From positions 384,001-448,000 of the forward strand of contig CAWGMQ010000007.1 of assembly GCA_963823665.1 (NCBI GenBank): 64,000 bases of DNA, given 5' to 3'. Shown here piece by piece: positions 33,804 through 44,131 of the stretch; positions within the stretch are counted from its first letter, which is position 1; every line of letters starts with the position of its first letter. The stretch is from an uncultured Planctomycetota bacterium (GTDB lineage Bacteria > Planctomycetota > Planctomycetia > Isosphaerales > Isosphaeraceae). Below the pieces are notes generated by a model. The model had not been told where the DNA came from. It did no database searches and was given only the letters and a program-made list of their open reading frames with translations. The position numbers and the translations under genes are program-made.

Positions 33804-34697
33804 ATGCTTTCTCTTATGCAGACGCCGTTGATCCGCCTGGGCAACCTTTTTCCGCGTCATGAGGTTTACGCGAAGTGCGAGTTCCTTGCCCCGTCCGGTT
33901 GTTTCAAGATTCGCGGCGCGGCGCATCTGCTGGACCACCTGCGTCGTGAAGGGGACATGCGCCAACTGATCGTACCGTCGATGGGAAACACAGCGCTGGG
34001 AGCGGCGACGGGCGCACAGGCATTGGGCTTCAGCATGACCGGCGTCGTGCCGCACACCATCGCCCGCGCCAAGGACGAGAAGCTGAGGGCCCTGGGCGTC
34101 GAATTGATCAAGATTGCTGGTGGGGGCAGCGACCTGTTGCGCTATGCCACCGACCTCGCCAAGGAACGCGGGGGCTATTTCGTACATCCTCACCTGGATC
34201 CGCTCTGGACTGACGGCTACAGGTCCATCGCAGCCGAGGTCGTACTGGATCTCCCCGGTTGCCGGTCGCTCGTGTTTCCTTTGGGCGGCGGGGGCTTGCT
34301 CATGGGCCTGCTGGCGTACTTGCGGAACAACCCGGCGCAGCTCCGACTGTTCGGCTGCGAGCCGTACAACTACCCAAAGTACGCTTGCTTCGACCACGCC
34401 CGGTCTACCACGATCGCGGACGGGCTGATCCTGGAGACTGCCCATCCACAAGTGCAGCACGCGATCACGGATGGGGGGGTGGCGATCTCTCTGGTCCCGG
34501 AGGTAGACATCCGCACGGCGCTGAAAGACCTGTTCGACACGCAGGGGGTGGTGGTCGAACCGTCGAGCGCGATCGCTCTGGCCTTCGTCAGAGCCCGCGC
34601 CGAGCAGTTAGAAGAACCGATCTGCGTGATCCTCACAGGTGAAAATATCGCTCGCGAGGATCACCGTCGACTCATATCCGCGGCGCGCGAAGCTTGA
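33804..34697 (+). CDS. PLP-dependent fold-type II enzyme (threonine/serine dehydratase-like)
   Basis: QTPLIRL, KCEFLAPSGCFKIRGA (PLP Lys), SMGNTA, PLGGGGL, VVEPSSA, ILTGEN; GGAGG SD before ATG 33804. Confidence 0.85.
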   Translation: MLSLMQTPLIRLGNLFPRHEVYAKCEFLAPSGCFKIRGAAHLLDHLRREGDMRQLIVPSMGNTALGAATGAQALGFSMTGVVPHTIARAKDEKLRALGVELIKIAGGGSDLLRYATDLAKERGGYFVHPHLDPLWTDGYRSIAAEVVLDLPGCRSLVFPLGGGGLLMGLLAYLRNNPAQLRLFGCEPYNYPKYACFDHARSTTIADGLILETAHPQVQHAITDGGVAISLVPEVDIRTALKDLFDTQGVVVEPSSAIALAFVRARAEQLEEPICVILTGENIAREDHRRLISAAREA

Positions 34698-34988
34698 GGC
34701 GTCGGGGCTCGCCGCGGCCTTGGATTGGATTTCGGCGCTCGCGTCGCTTACGAAGTTCAGAGCGGAAGGCGGCCTCTTGCAGACTTTCGGCAAGAGCGGT
34801 GTCCCGTCAGACACCGGTGCTATCCGATCGCCAAGCCGCTAAATCCAGCCCTCCGGGAATTCTGCACCCGGGAAGACACGGCGAACCTCCTCCAGCAATT
34901 CCAGCCACTGACTCCGCGTGTAGCGGTCGGACAGGTGGAACAAGAGGAGCCGACCCGCCCCCGCCAGCACCGCGATACGGCCCACCTG

Positions 34989-35048
34989 ATCGGAATGGCG
35001 CGTTGCCGCATATCGCCGCGGCGTGGGGCTGTTACAATCGGGTTTCTT
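34989..35048 (+). promoter_or_regulatory. Duplicated 60-bp promoter-like segment, copy B, upstream of the lactonase operon
   Basis: TGTTACAAT at 35030-35038; near-identical to 32982-33041. Confidence 0.6.
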
Positions 35049-35084
35049 TGAATTGGGCTCGACGGCCTATTTGGGAGTTTGGCG

Positions 35085-36131
35085 ATGCAACCATTCTCAC
35101 TTTGCGTGATCTTGCTTCCGCTCATCGGAGCATTTGCGCCGGCTGATGCCCACGCCGACGAGCTCGTTCCCCCCGATTCAAAGCTCGAGCTGCTCTATAC
35201 GCGATCCGCTCCGATCAAAGGGGGATTGACCGAGGGCGTCGCAGCGGCGCCGGATGGATCCATGTATTTCTCTGAGATTCCGTTCGGCGACGACAAGGGG
35301 TTGATCATGCGGTTCGACCCTCGCACGAAGCTAACCACGATCTTTAGCCCCGATAGCCACAAGTCCAACGGGTTGATGTTTGACGCCAAGGGAAACCTGA
35401 TTGCTTGCGAAGGTTCCGACGGCGGCGGCCGCTGCCTGGCGCGCTGGGACGTGAAAACCGGCCGTCGCGAGATCATCGCCGACAAGTACAACGGCAAGCG
35501 ATTCAATGCCTGCAATGACCTTTGCATCGACGAAAAAGGTCGCATCTACTTCACCGATCCCCGCTATCTCGGCACGGAGCCGCGCGAGCTGGAATTCCGC
35601 GCCGTCTATCGGGTCGAGACCGACGGCACGGTCGTGGAAGTGACGCACGACATCGAGAAGCCGAATGGAATCGCGATCAGCCCCGACCAGAAAACGCTCT
35701 ACGTCGCGGACCACAACAATGGCACCGACCGGATCGACCCGACCGCACCGCCTCCAGAGAAGGGTGCAATGAAGGTCTACGCGTTTCCGCTGGGCTCGAA
35801 CGGGCTGGTGAACGGGCCGCGAAGGACCCTGATCGACTTTGGCGACGAGGAGGGCAGCGACGGCATGACCGTCGACACCGACGGACGTGTCTACCTCGCC
35901 GCACGCACGCCGAGCCGCCCCGGAATCCTCGTCGTCGACCCGACCGGACGGGAGGTTGCTTTCATCAAGACGGCCGATCCCCAGACGGGCGCGCGCGAAC
36001 CGGTCGGAAATCCGTCAAACGTCGATTTCGGCATCGGCGAGCTGAAAAACTACTTGTACGTCACAATCGATAAGAGCCTGTACCGGATCAAGCTGAACGC
36101 GACCGGCTATCATATTCCCTGGGCGAACTGA
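35085..36131 (+). CDS. SMP-30/gluconolactonase/LRE family protein, secreted
   Basis: Signal peptide; TEG, SNGL, RFNACNDL, IYFTDP, PNGIAISPD, DGMTVD motifs. Confidence 0.9.
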   Translation: MQPFSLCVILLPLIGAFAPADAHADELVPPDSKLELLYTRSAPIKGGLTEGVAAAPDGSMYFSEIPFGDDKGLIMRFDPRTKLTTIFSPDSHKSNGLMFDAKGNLIACEGSDGGGRCLARWDVKTGRREIIADKYNGKRFNACNDLCIDEKGRIYFTDPRYLGTEPRELEFRAVYRVETDGTVVEVTHDIEKPNGIAISPDQKTLYVADHNNGTDRIDPTAPPPEKGAMKVYAFPLGSNGLVNGPRRTLIDFGDEEGSDGMTVDTDGRVYLAARTPSRPGILVVDPTGREVAFIKTADPQTGAREPVGNPSNVDFGIGELKNYLYVTIDKSLYRIKLNATGYHIPWAN

Positions 36132-36152
36132 ATAAGCAAATGGAGAGGCGTC

Positions 36153-37117
36153 GTGCATTATCAAGTCGATGAAAACTGGCTTCTTCTGCCCGAGGCAGCG
36201 CGATTCGTCGAGGTCGCTGGCGTTGCCACTGACTCTCGCGACCGGGTTTATGTGTTTTGCCGAGGCAAAACACCGGTCCTGGTCTTCGACCGCGAGGGGC
36301 GCTTGCAGTTCTCCTGGGGTGAGGGTCTCTTTGCGCGGCCGCATGGAATCACGATCGGGCCGGATGATGCTGTCTACATCACGGATGATCTCGACCACAC
36401 GATCAGGAAGTTCACACCTGATGGGGACCTCTTGCTGACCTTCGGCACGAGCGGCGTTGCGTCCGACACCGGTGCGACCAGCCAGGATTTCCGCAGTATT
36501 TGCCGGTCCGGTGCACCGTTTCATTACCCCACGAACGTGGCGCTGGCGGCGGATGGGTCGTTGTATATCTCGGATGGATATGGAAACGCACGCGTGCATA
36601 AGTTCTCACCCGATGGCCGCCATCTTCTGTCGTGGGGTGAGCCGGGCGCCCTACCGGGGCAGTTTCACCTTCCGCACGGAATTGCCGTCGGGCCCGACGG
36701 CACAGTCGCTGTGGCTGACCGCGAGAACAGCCGCCTCCAGTTCTTTTCACCGGACGGGCGGTTCTTGCGAGAATGGACACAGATTGCGCGGCCGTGCCAG
36801 GTCGCGATCGATACGCAGGGGATCGTATACGTGGCGGAGCTGGGGTATCGGGCCGGGATGTGGCCCGGGACCGTGCCGCCGGAGCCGGGTGCCACCGGGG
36901 GACGCGTGAGCATCTTCGATTCCGGAGGCGAGCTTCTGGCTCGCTGGGGCGGGGGTTCTGATCCCTGCGCGCGGGTGATTTCTTTGCGCCGCACGATATT
37001 TGCCTCGATTCGCGTGGCGATCTTTATGTGGGCGAAGTGGTCTGGTCGGCGGGGGGCGACGTGGGCGCCGTGCCGGCGAGCTGCCATGCGCTTCAGAAAT
37101 TCACCAGGAAGGGTTAG
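36153..37117 (+). CDS. NHL-repeat protein (peptidyl-alpha-hydroxyglycine lyase-like); frameshift near 36970
   Basis: PHGITIGPDD, PTNVALAADGSLYISDGYGNARVHKF, PHGIAV..VADRENSRLQFF; shifted tail GDFFAPHDICLDSRGDLYVGEV...QKFTRKG*. Confidence 0.85.
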
Positions 37118-37173
37118 AGTCATCGTTTGCGGGATCGTGGCGCCGTGGGCGCGACCTGGAGACGCTCGCATTT

Positions 37174-37233
37174 GTAGGGTGGGTGAAACCCACCAGTAGA
37201 TGCCGGAATCTTGGTGGGTTTGGCCCACCCTAC
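37174..37233. repeat. Inverted pair of GTAG-type REP elements
   Basis: GTAGGGTGGGTGAAACCCACC-N18-GGTGGGTTTGGCCCACCCTAC. Confidence 0.75.
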
Positions 37234-37244
37234 GGGAGCTGTTT

Positions 37245-38330
37245 GTGAAGGCCTGGCGGTTTTATGCATTCGGGGACATGCGGCTTGACGACGTGCCGGA
37301 GGTGGTCGCTCGGCCGGGGCACGTGGTTGTCGAGCCTCTTTGTGTTCAGCCCAGCGTCACGGAGGCGCAACTTGCGTTTGGAATTCCGACGCTCGCGTTT
37401 GCGAACATCAAGCGCCGGCTGGAGACGGAAGCTCCGGTACAGCTTTTCGGTCACGAGTTCTGCGCTCGGGTGCTCGAGGTCGGCGAGGGGGTGACGCGCT
37501 TCCGCCCGGGAGACCGGGTGGCCGCGCGGGCGAAGCTGCCTTGCGGGACGTGTGCTTTCTGCCGGGACGGCCGCAACCATCTTTGCCGCGCGGGGCCGAT
37601 CGTCGGTTTTCAGCTTCCCGGTTGTTTCGCCGAGCGGGCGCTCTTGCCGGAGATCGCGCTCGTGCACGTCGACGATCGGATTTCGGACAGCGAGGCCGCT
37701 TGCTTGCAGTCGCTGAGTGACAGTGTCGCGGCCGTTGAAACCGCTGAGATCAAGATCGGTGACTCGGTCGCGATTTACGGGCAGGGGAGCATGGGGCTCG
37801 AGTGCCTGCAGATCGCGCGGACGAGCGGCGCGGGGCTGATCGTCACCGTTGACGTGCGCGATGAGGCCTGCCGGGTTTCACGCGAGCTGGGCGCCGACGT
37901 GGCGCTCAACGCTCGCGACGACGATCCGGTCACGTCGATCCGGGAGCTGACCGGTGGCAATGGATCGGACGTCGTCTTCGAATGCGCGGGTGGAAGCCCG
38001 AAGCAGGGGCTGGCGGGAACCCGTTCGTTGCAGCAGGCGATCGAATCGGTTCGCTCGGGTGGCAAACTTGTGGGCGTGTCGTGGTTCGGGGCTCCGATGG
38101 AGCTCGACGTCGACTTCTTGCGTGAGCGCAGCCTGCGCTTTCTGTTTCCGGATATCAGCACGCTGGCTCATCTCGAACACACGGTGAGGCTCGTCGCCTC
38201 GGGGCGCGTGCGGCTGAAGCCGACGATCACTCATGTCTTGCACGGACTTGAGTCTGTGCCGCGGGCGTTCGAGATCACCGCGAACAAGGGAAAGTACCAG
38301 GCGATTAACCCCGCGCAGGTCATTCCATGA
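37245..38330 (+). CDS. Zinc-binding (MDR) alcohol/polyol dehydrogenase
   Basis: GHE, CGTCAFC..NHLC structural Zn site, GQGSMG Rossmann motif; GGGAG SD before GTG. Confidence 0.9.
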   Translation: MKAWRFYAFGDMRLDDVPEVVARPGHVVVEPLCVQPSVTEAQLAFGIPTLAFANIKRRLETEAPVQLFGHEFCARVLEVGEGVTRFRPGDRVAARAKLPCGTCAFCRDGRNHLCRAGPIVGFQLPGCFAERALLPEIALVHVDDRISDSEAACLQSLSDSVAAVETAEIKIGDSVAIYGQGSMGLECLQIARTSGAGLIVTVDVRDEACRVSRELGADVALNARDDDPVTSIRELTGGNGSDVVFECAGGSPKQGLAGTRSLQQAIESVRSGGKLVGVSWFGAPMELDVDFLRERSLRFLFPDISTLAHLEHTVRLVASGRVRLKPTITHVLHGLESVPRAFEITANKGKYQAINPAQVIP

Positions 38331-39646
38331 CGAAGTCTGCGGCGATGGTGCCGGATCGCGACGAGATTCGGAGCTTGCGTGATCTTTCGGCTTACCAGTG
38401 GAAATCGGGTATTGCCGCGTGGCTGGGATGGCTGTTCGACGGCCTGGACATGCACCTGTATGTTCTTGTGGCTGCGCCGTTCGTCGCGGAACTGGTGGGT
38501 GTTACCGACACGCGGAATGAGAGCGTCGGCTGGTACAGCTCGTGGATCCAGGCCGCGTTCCTGGTCGGCTGGGCGCTTGGCGGCGGTTTCTTCGGGCGGA
38601 TCGGCGACCGCATCGGCCGCAGCCGCGCGCTTTGTTTGACCATACTGACGTATGCGCTTTTCACGGGACTGGCTTTCTTCGCGCAAACGTGGTGGCAATT
38701 GTTGATCGTGCGATTCCTGGCGGCGCTGGGCATCGGCGGCGAGTGGGCGGTGGGTGCCTCTTTGCTTTCGGAAACATGGCCGCGGCGGTGGCGGCCCTGG
38801 ATTGCCGCCGTGCTCCAGAGCGGAGTCAATCTCGGCGTGCTGCTGGCCTCGGTGGCGACGTTTGTGCTGGCTGGCACGAGTCCTCGCGCGGTGTTCCTGG
38901 TCGGCGTGCTGCCGGCGCTCTTGGTCTTGTGGATCCGGTGGGCGGTTCCCGAAACGGACGAATGGAGTGCGGCCAAGCGCGAGGCGCAGGACGATGCGCC
39001 GGGAATCGCCGATCTGTTCCGGGGCCGGGTGCGGCGAACGGCGATTCTGGTGATCCTTGTCTGCTCGGTCAGCTTGACTGCGCATTGGGCATTCCTGTTC
39101 TGGTACCAGCAGCACTTGAGGAACTTGCCGGATGTGATCGGCTTATCGGCGGCGCGGAAAAATGAGATTGCCAGCCTTGCCAATTTCCTGGTCATGGGGG
39201 CGGCGATCTTGGGGAATTTCATGGCCGCGGCGATGGCGCGAGTGATGGGATACCGGCGTGCGATCGCGATCCTGTGTCTGGCATACTTTCTTTCGATGCT
39301 ACTCACCTACTCGGCACCTCGAAGCTACCCGGTCTTGCTCGCGTGCATTCCGGTCATGGGAGCCAGTGGCGGCCTGTTTGCGCTCTTCACGATGTACCTG
39401 CCGCCGCTGTTTCCTGTGCTCTTGCGAACGACCGGCGCGGGGTTCTGCTACAACATCGGGCGCATTGCCGCGGCGGTGGGGACGATCGTGTTCGGGTTGT
39501 TCACGAAGGTGGGCGACTACCGGATCGCCTTGATTTGCGCGGGCACGCTGTTCCTGCCGGCGGCGATCATCGCCTGGCGGCTGCCCGAGCTCTCCGACCT
39601 AGATCTTTCGCCTGCTTCTCCACCGGTTCGGCCGGTTCACTCTTGA
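38327..39646 (+). CDS. MFS transporter
   Basis: GWLFDGLD, GRIGDRIGR, GIGGEW, RTTGAGFCYNIGR; multiple TM helices. Confidence 0.95.
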   Translation: MTKSAAMVPDRDEIRSLRDLSAYQWKSGIAAWLGWLFDGLDMHLYVLVAAPFVAELVGVTDTRNESVGWYSSWIQAAFLVGWALGGGFFGRIGDRIGRSRALCLTILTYALFTGLAFFAQTWWQLLIVRFLAALGIGGEWAVGASLLSETWPRRWRPWIAAVLQSGVNLGVLLASVATFVLAGTSPRAVFLVGVLPALLVLWIRWAVPETDEWSAAKREAQDDAPGIADLFRGRVRRTAILVILVCSVSLTAHWAFLFWYQQHLRNLPDVIGLSAARKNEIASLANFLVMGAAILGNFMAAAMARVMGYRRAIAILCLAYFLSMLLTYSAPRSYPVLLACIPVMGASGGLFALFTMYLPPLFPVLLRTTGAGFCYNIGRIAAAVGTIVFGLFTKVGDYRIALICAGTLFLPAAIIAWRLPELSDLDLSPASPPVRPVHS

Positions 39647-39672
39647 CGATTGTCCGATCGCCGTTTTACAAT
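39643..39672 (+). promoter_or_regulatory. Putative sigma-70 promoter for the paralogue array
   Basis: TTGACG-N18-TACAAT, ending 77 bp before ATG 39750. Confidence 0.55.
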
Positions 39673-39749
39673 TGTCGTCGATCGAGCATCCTGTGGGGGG
39701 CGGCTGGTAGCCGGGGGTGCTCGTGCTTGTTGGGGTTGGGAGTGGATTC

Positions 39750-41127
39750 ATGTCGCGCGGGTTTTGCGCATGTGCTTTGTTTGGCGTGCTGGCGGCACCG
39801 TGTGCCGGCGGGCAGACGGATGCGAAGCCTGAGTTGCTGATCTCGCTGACGGTCCGGCCGGTTGCTGCGCCAGAACCGGCGCTTGAGTACGTGCTGCTTC
39901 CCCAGCTCAGGGAGATGACCCCGGGGAACCCGATCCAGGGCTACTTGAAGTGTTACCTCGAGCAGTATCGGTTTGTCTTTGACGAGGAGGAATTCGGGCG
40001 GCGCCAGACGCATCTGACGATGCCGCTCGAGGAATTGCCGGCACCGGAAGCGGCAGAAGTCGACCCCCGGTCGCTGGCGCAGGTTGACACGGCGGCCCGG
40101 CTCGACAAACCTGACTGGCAGGTCCTTCTGAAGCTCAGAGCCGACGGCATCAAAACGATGCTTCCCGACCTGCAGATTATGCGAAATCTGGCCAGGGCGC
40201 TGCAGGCGCGGTTGCGGGCCGAGGTTGCCGAGGGCCGGGTCGACGACGCGATGCGAACGGCCAAGACCATGTTCGCCATGGCGCGGCACATGGGGGAGCA
40301 TCCCACCTTGATCGGCGGTCTGGTGGGATATGCAATCATCAATATGGCGTTCGGCCCGCTGGAAGCGCTGGTGGAGCGCCCCGAGTGCCCCAACCTTTTC
40401 TGGGCGCTCACGAATCTGCCGGATCCCTTGATCTCGATCAGGACGGGAATGGAAGGTGAGCGGCTGATGAACTGGGCGCTTTTCCGGGAGCTGGATCGAG
40501 CCGCTCCCATGAGTGCCGAGCAGATCGAGAAATTCGTCGGCCCGGTCGACGCGATGTTTGCTGAGGGCGACCGTCTCAATATCCGGGCTTTTCTCGCGGA
40601 GCGGACGAGCAACGAACAGAATCTGGCCGCGGCGCGAAAGCGTCTTGCTCTTGCGGGGCTGCAGGAGGCGGATGTCAAAGCGTTCGTTCCCGCTCAGGTG
40701 ATCCTGCTGGATGATGCACGTGAGTGCGATGCCCGATTTGACGAGATCGCGAAGATCGTGGGGTTCTCCGCCTGGCGATTCGAGGAAATGGCGGAAAAGT
40801 TTGCCACCCTCAAGAAAGAACGGGCGTTCTTTGCCGATGCGCTCATGCCTCACCTGCTTGGCGCGGCGCGCTCACGCGCGGATCGAGCAGCGAATCGGCC
40901 TGCTGCGGCATGTCGAGGCGCTGCGGATGTATGCGGCTGAGCACGGCGGTGCCTTCCCGGCGAAGCTATCCGATATTTCCGTGCCGCTGCCGGATGACCC
41001 GTTCACCGGCAAGCCTTTTCTTTACGAAGCAAGTGGTAAGACTGCGCACGTTCGCGGCAGGCCGCCGAAGGCGATGGAGAACGATCGGGCGTTCCGCGTG
41101 CACTATGAAATCACTCTGAAGAATTGA
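39750..41127 (+). CDS. Secreted hypothetical protein, array paralogue 1; frameshift near 40870
   Basis: Signal peptide; PEPALEYVLLP..PGNPIQGYLKC; tail EALRMYAAEHGG..DPFTGKPF lies in ORF 40711-41127. Confidence 0.85.
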
Positions 41128-41189
41128 CGAATCGGGTCGGCTGCTCAAACGAGCCGCTGGTCTCTTGTCCGCGAGGGGAGTGCTTTGCA

Positions 41190-42599
41190 ATGAATCGAGA
41201 TCGCCTGGTCCTTGCGGTGCTGGGCGCAATCGTCGCCGTCGCCTCGATCGCTCGACCATGCCCCGCACAGCAGACTGGTGCCAAGCCCGAGCTGCTGATC
41301 TCGCTTTCGGTCGTGCCGGCCGCGGCGCCGCAGCCGGCGCTCAAGTACTTGCTCATTCCCGAGCTCAGGGAGATGAATCCGGGCAACCCGATCCAGGGAT
41401 ACTTGAAATGTTACCTCGAGTCGTACCGGTTCGTCTTCGACGAGGAACAATTCGACCGCCGCCAGATTCTTCTCGCGATGCCGCTCGAGGAATTGCCGGC
41501 GCCTGAAGCGCGCGAATTCGGCCCATTCGCACTTGCCCAGGTCGACGCCGCGGCCCGGCTTGACAACCCCGACTGGCAAATCTTGCTCAAGCTGAGGGCC
41601 GATGGTTTCGAAACGTTGCTCCCCGATGTGCAGGCGATGCGCAGCCTGGGCCGGGCGCTGGCCGTCCGCTTTCGGTCCGAGATCGCCGGCGGGCGAATCG
41701 ACGACGCGATCCGGACCGCCAAGACGATGTTTGCGATGGCGCACCAACTGGGCGAGCATCCCACGTACATCGGCGATCTTGTGGGCATCGCGATCGCATC
41801 GATTGCGATCGTTCCGCTCGAAGAGATGATCCAGCATGCCGACTGCCCCAACCTCTACTGGGCGCTCACCAATCTTCCCGATCCTCTCGTTCCGATCAAG
41901 CGCGCGACGGAAGGTGAGCGGCTCTCGCTCTGTTGGTTCACCCGCGACCTCGACTCGAAGGGTCCTATGAGTGACGAGCAGATCAAGCGGTTCATCGCCC
42001 ACGTCGAGAAAATGGCTGGTAGCGATGCGGCGCTTTTGGCCAACGGTGGGGTTCGGGGCTATCTTGATGCCCACACCAAAGACGTCGCCAAGCTGGCCGC
42101 GGCCCGCAAGCGGCTTGTTGACCTGGGATTGCCGGAGGCACGTGTGAAGGCGTTTTCGCCCGATCAGATCATCCTGCTGGACGAGGAGCGCGAGCTCCGG
42201 GCGCGGTTCGATGACATTGCCAAGCTCATGGGTTTCCCGCTCCGGCAGTTTCAGGAGCTCAACGAAAAGCTAAGCGGCGTCAAGAAAGAGCCGGCGCTCC
42301 TCGCCGACTCCTTCTTGCCCTCGATGACAGCCGTGCGCATGGCGGTTGCCCGGCTCGAGCAGCGGATAGCGCTGTTGCGGAACGTCGAGGCACTGCGGAT
42401 GTATGCGGCGGAGCACAAAGGTGCCTTCCCGGCCCAGCTATCAGACGTTTCGGTGCCTTTGCCCGGCGACCCGGTCACCGGCAAGCCCTTTGTGTATGAA
42501 TTGAGTGGCAAGACCGCGCACCTGCGCGGCACGCCGCCGAAGGGAATGGAAGAGAACCGCTTTTTCCGCGTGCATTATGAAATCACTTTGAAAAACTGA
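41190..42599 (+). CDS. Secreted hypothetical protein, array paralogue 2
   Basis: GGGGAG SD; signal peptide; same motifs. Confidence 0.9.
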   Translation: MNRDRLVLAVLGAIVAVASIARPCPAQQTGAKPELLISLSVVPAAAPQPALKYLLIPELREMNPGNPIQGYLKCYLESYRFVFDEEQFDRRQILLAMPLEELPAPEAREFGPFALAQVDAAARLDNPDWQILLKLRADGFETLLPDVQAMRSLGRALAVRFRSEIAGGRIDDAIRTAKTMFAMAHQLGEHPTYIGDLVGIAIASIAIVPLEEMIQHADCPNLYWALTNLPDPLVPIKRATEGERLSLCWFTRDLDSKGPMSDEQIKRFIAHVEKMAGSDAALLANGGVRGYLDAHTKDVAKLAAARKRLVDLGLPEARVKAFSPDQIILLDEERELRARFDDIAKLMGFPLRQFQELNEKLSGVKKEPALLADSFLPSMTAVRMAVARLEQRIALLRNVEALRMYAAEHKGAFPAQLSDVSVPLPGDPVTGKPFVYELSGKTAHLRGTPPKGMEENRFFRVHYEITLKN

Positions 42600-42661
42600 C
42601 GAACGAGATCGGCTGCCTGATTGTGTGGCGAGATTGTGGTCCGTGAAGGGAGTGCTTTCTG

Positions 42662-44070
42662 ATGAGGCGAGATAGGTTGGTCCTTGCGGTGCTGGGCGCG
42701 GTCGTTGCCATTGCTGTGAGCGCTCGATCATCCTTGGCCCAGCAGACCGCTGCCAAGCCCGAGCTCTTGGTCTCGCTATCGGTCGCGCCGGCGCCTGCGC
42801 CCAACCGGCGCTCAAGTATTTGCTCATTCCCGAGCTCAGGGAGATGAACCCCGGCAACCCGATTCAGGGATACTTCAAGTGTTATCTCGGGCAGTACCGG
42901 TTTGTGTTCGACGAGGAGAACTTCGACCGTCGCCAGATTCTTCTGGCGATGCCGCTCGAGGAATTGCCGGCGCCTGATGGGCCAGAGCTGGGCCGATCCG
43001 CGCTCGCTCAGGTCGACGCCGCGGCCCGGCTGGATAGCCCCGATTGGCAGATCTTGCTCAAACTGAGGGCCGATGGTTTCGGTACGTTGCTTCCCGATAT
43101 CCAGGCGATGCGAACCCTGGCCCGGGCGCTGGCCGGTCGGTATCGGGTAGAGGTCGCGAGCGGGCGAATTGACGACGCGATCCGAACCAACAAGACCATG
43201 TTTGCGATGGCACATCAATACGGCGTACACCCCATGCTGGTCGGCAATCTGGTGGGCATCGCGATCGCATCGATTGCGATCAATCCGCTTGAAGAACTGA
43301 TCCAGCAGTCCGATTGCCCGAACTTCTACTGGGCGCTCACCAATCTTCCCGATCCTCTGGTCCCGATCAAGCGCGGGATGGAAGGGGAGCGGCTCACGCT
43401 CTGGGGGTTTACCCGCGACCTTGACTCGACAAACCCGATGAGTGACGACCAGATCAAGAGGTTCATCGTCCACGTCGAGAAAAACTCTGGTAACGATGCG
43501 GCGCTCAATGCCAACGGCGGGGTTCGGGGCTACCTGGCTGCCCGCACCAAAGACGCCGCCAAGCTGGCCGCGGCCCGCAAGCGGCTTGTTGACCTGGGAT
43601 TGCCGGAGGCACGTGTGAAGGCGTTTCCTGCCGATCAGGTCATCCTGCTGGACGAGGAGCGCGAGCTCAGGGCGCGATTCGATGACATCGCCAAGATCAT
43701 GGGCTTCTCGGCCTGGCAGTTTCAGGCACTCTACGAAAAGTTGAGCAGCGGCAAGAAAGAGCCGGCGCTCCTGGCCGACTTATTCTTGCCCTCGCAGGTA
43801 GCCGTGCGGTGGGCGGTTGCCCGGCTCGAGCAGCGGATAGCGCTCTTGCGGAACGTCGAGGCGCTGCGGATGCACGCGGCCGAGCATAAAGGTGCCTTCC
43901 CGGCGCAGCTTGCGAACGTATCGGTCCCCTTGCCGGGCGATCCGGTCACCGGCAAGCCTTTTCTGTATGAGCTGCGCGGCAAAACCGCACACCTGCGCGG
44001 AACGCCGCCCAAGGGAATGGAAGAGAACAAGTTCTTTCGCGTGCATTATGAATTGACTCTGAAGGATTAA
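42662..44070 (+). CDS. Secreted hypothetical protein, array paralogue 3; frameshift near 42800
   Basis: ORFs 42662-42847 + 42820-44070; same motifs. Confidence 0.85.
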
Positions 44071-44131
44071 TAAGTCGATCGGCGGGACGAATGAGTCGAG
44101 GGTTTCTTGTCGGTGAGGGGAGCGTTCCGTA

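Noticed and set aside
33381..34697. 438-aa WD40-dehydratase fusion protein
   Set aside because: The N-terminal part is an off-frame NHL remnant plus a WD40 scrap; a good SD and ATG at 33804 define the real enzyme
33078..36661. NHL gene and its partial copy as a DGR template/variable repeat pair
   Set aside because: Differences are mostly third-position changes involving all four bases, not adenine-specific, and there is no intact reverse transcriptase in the window
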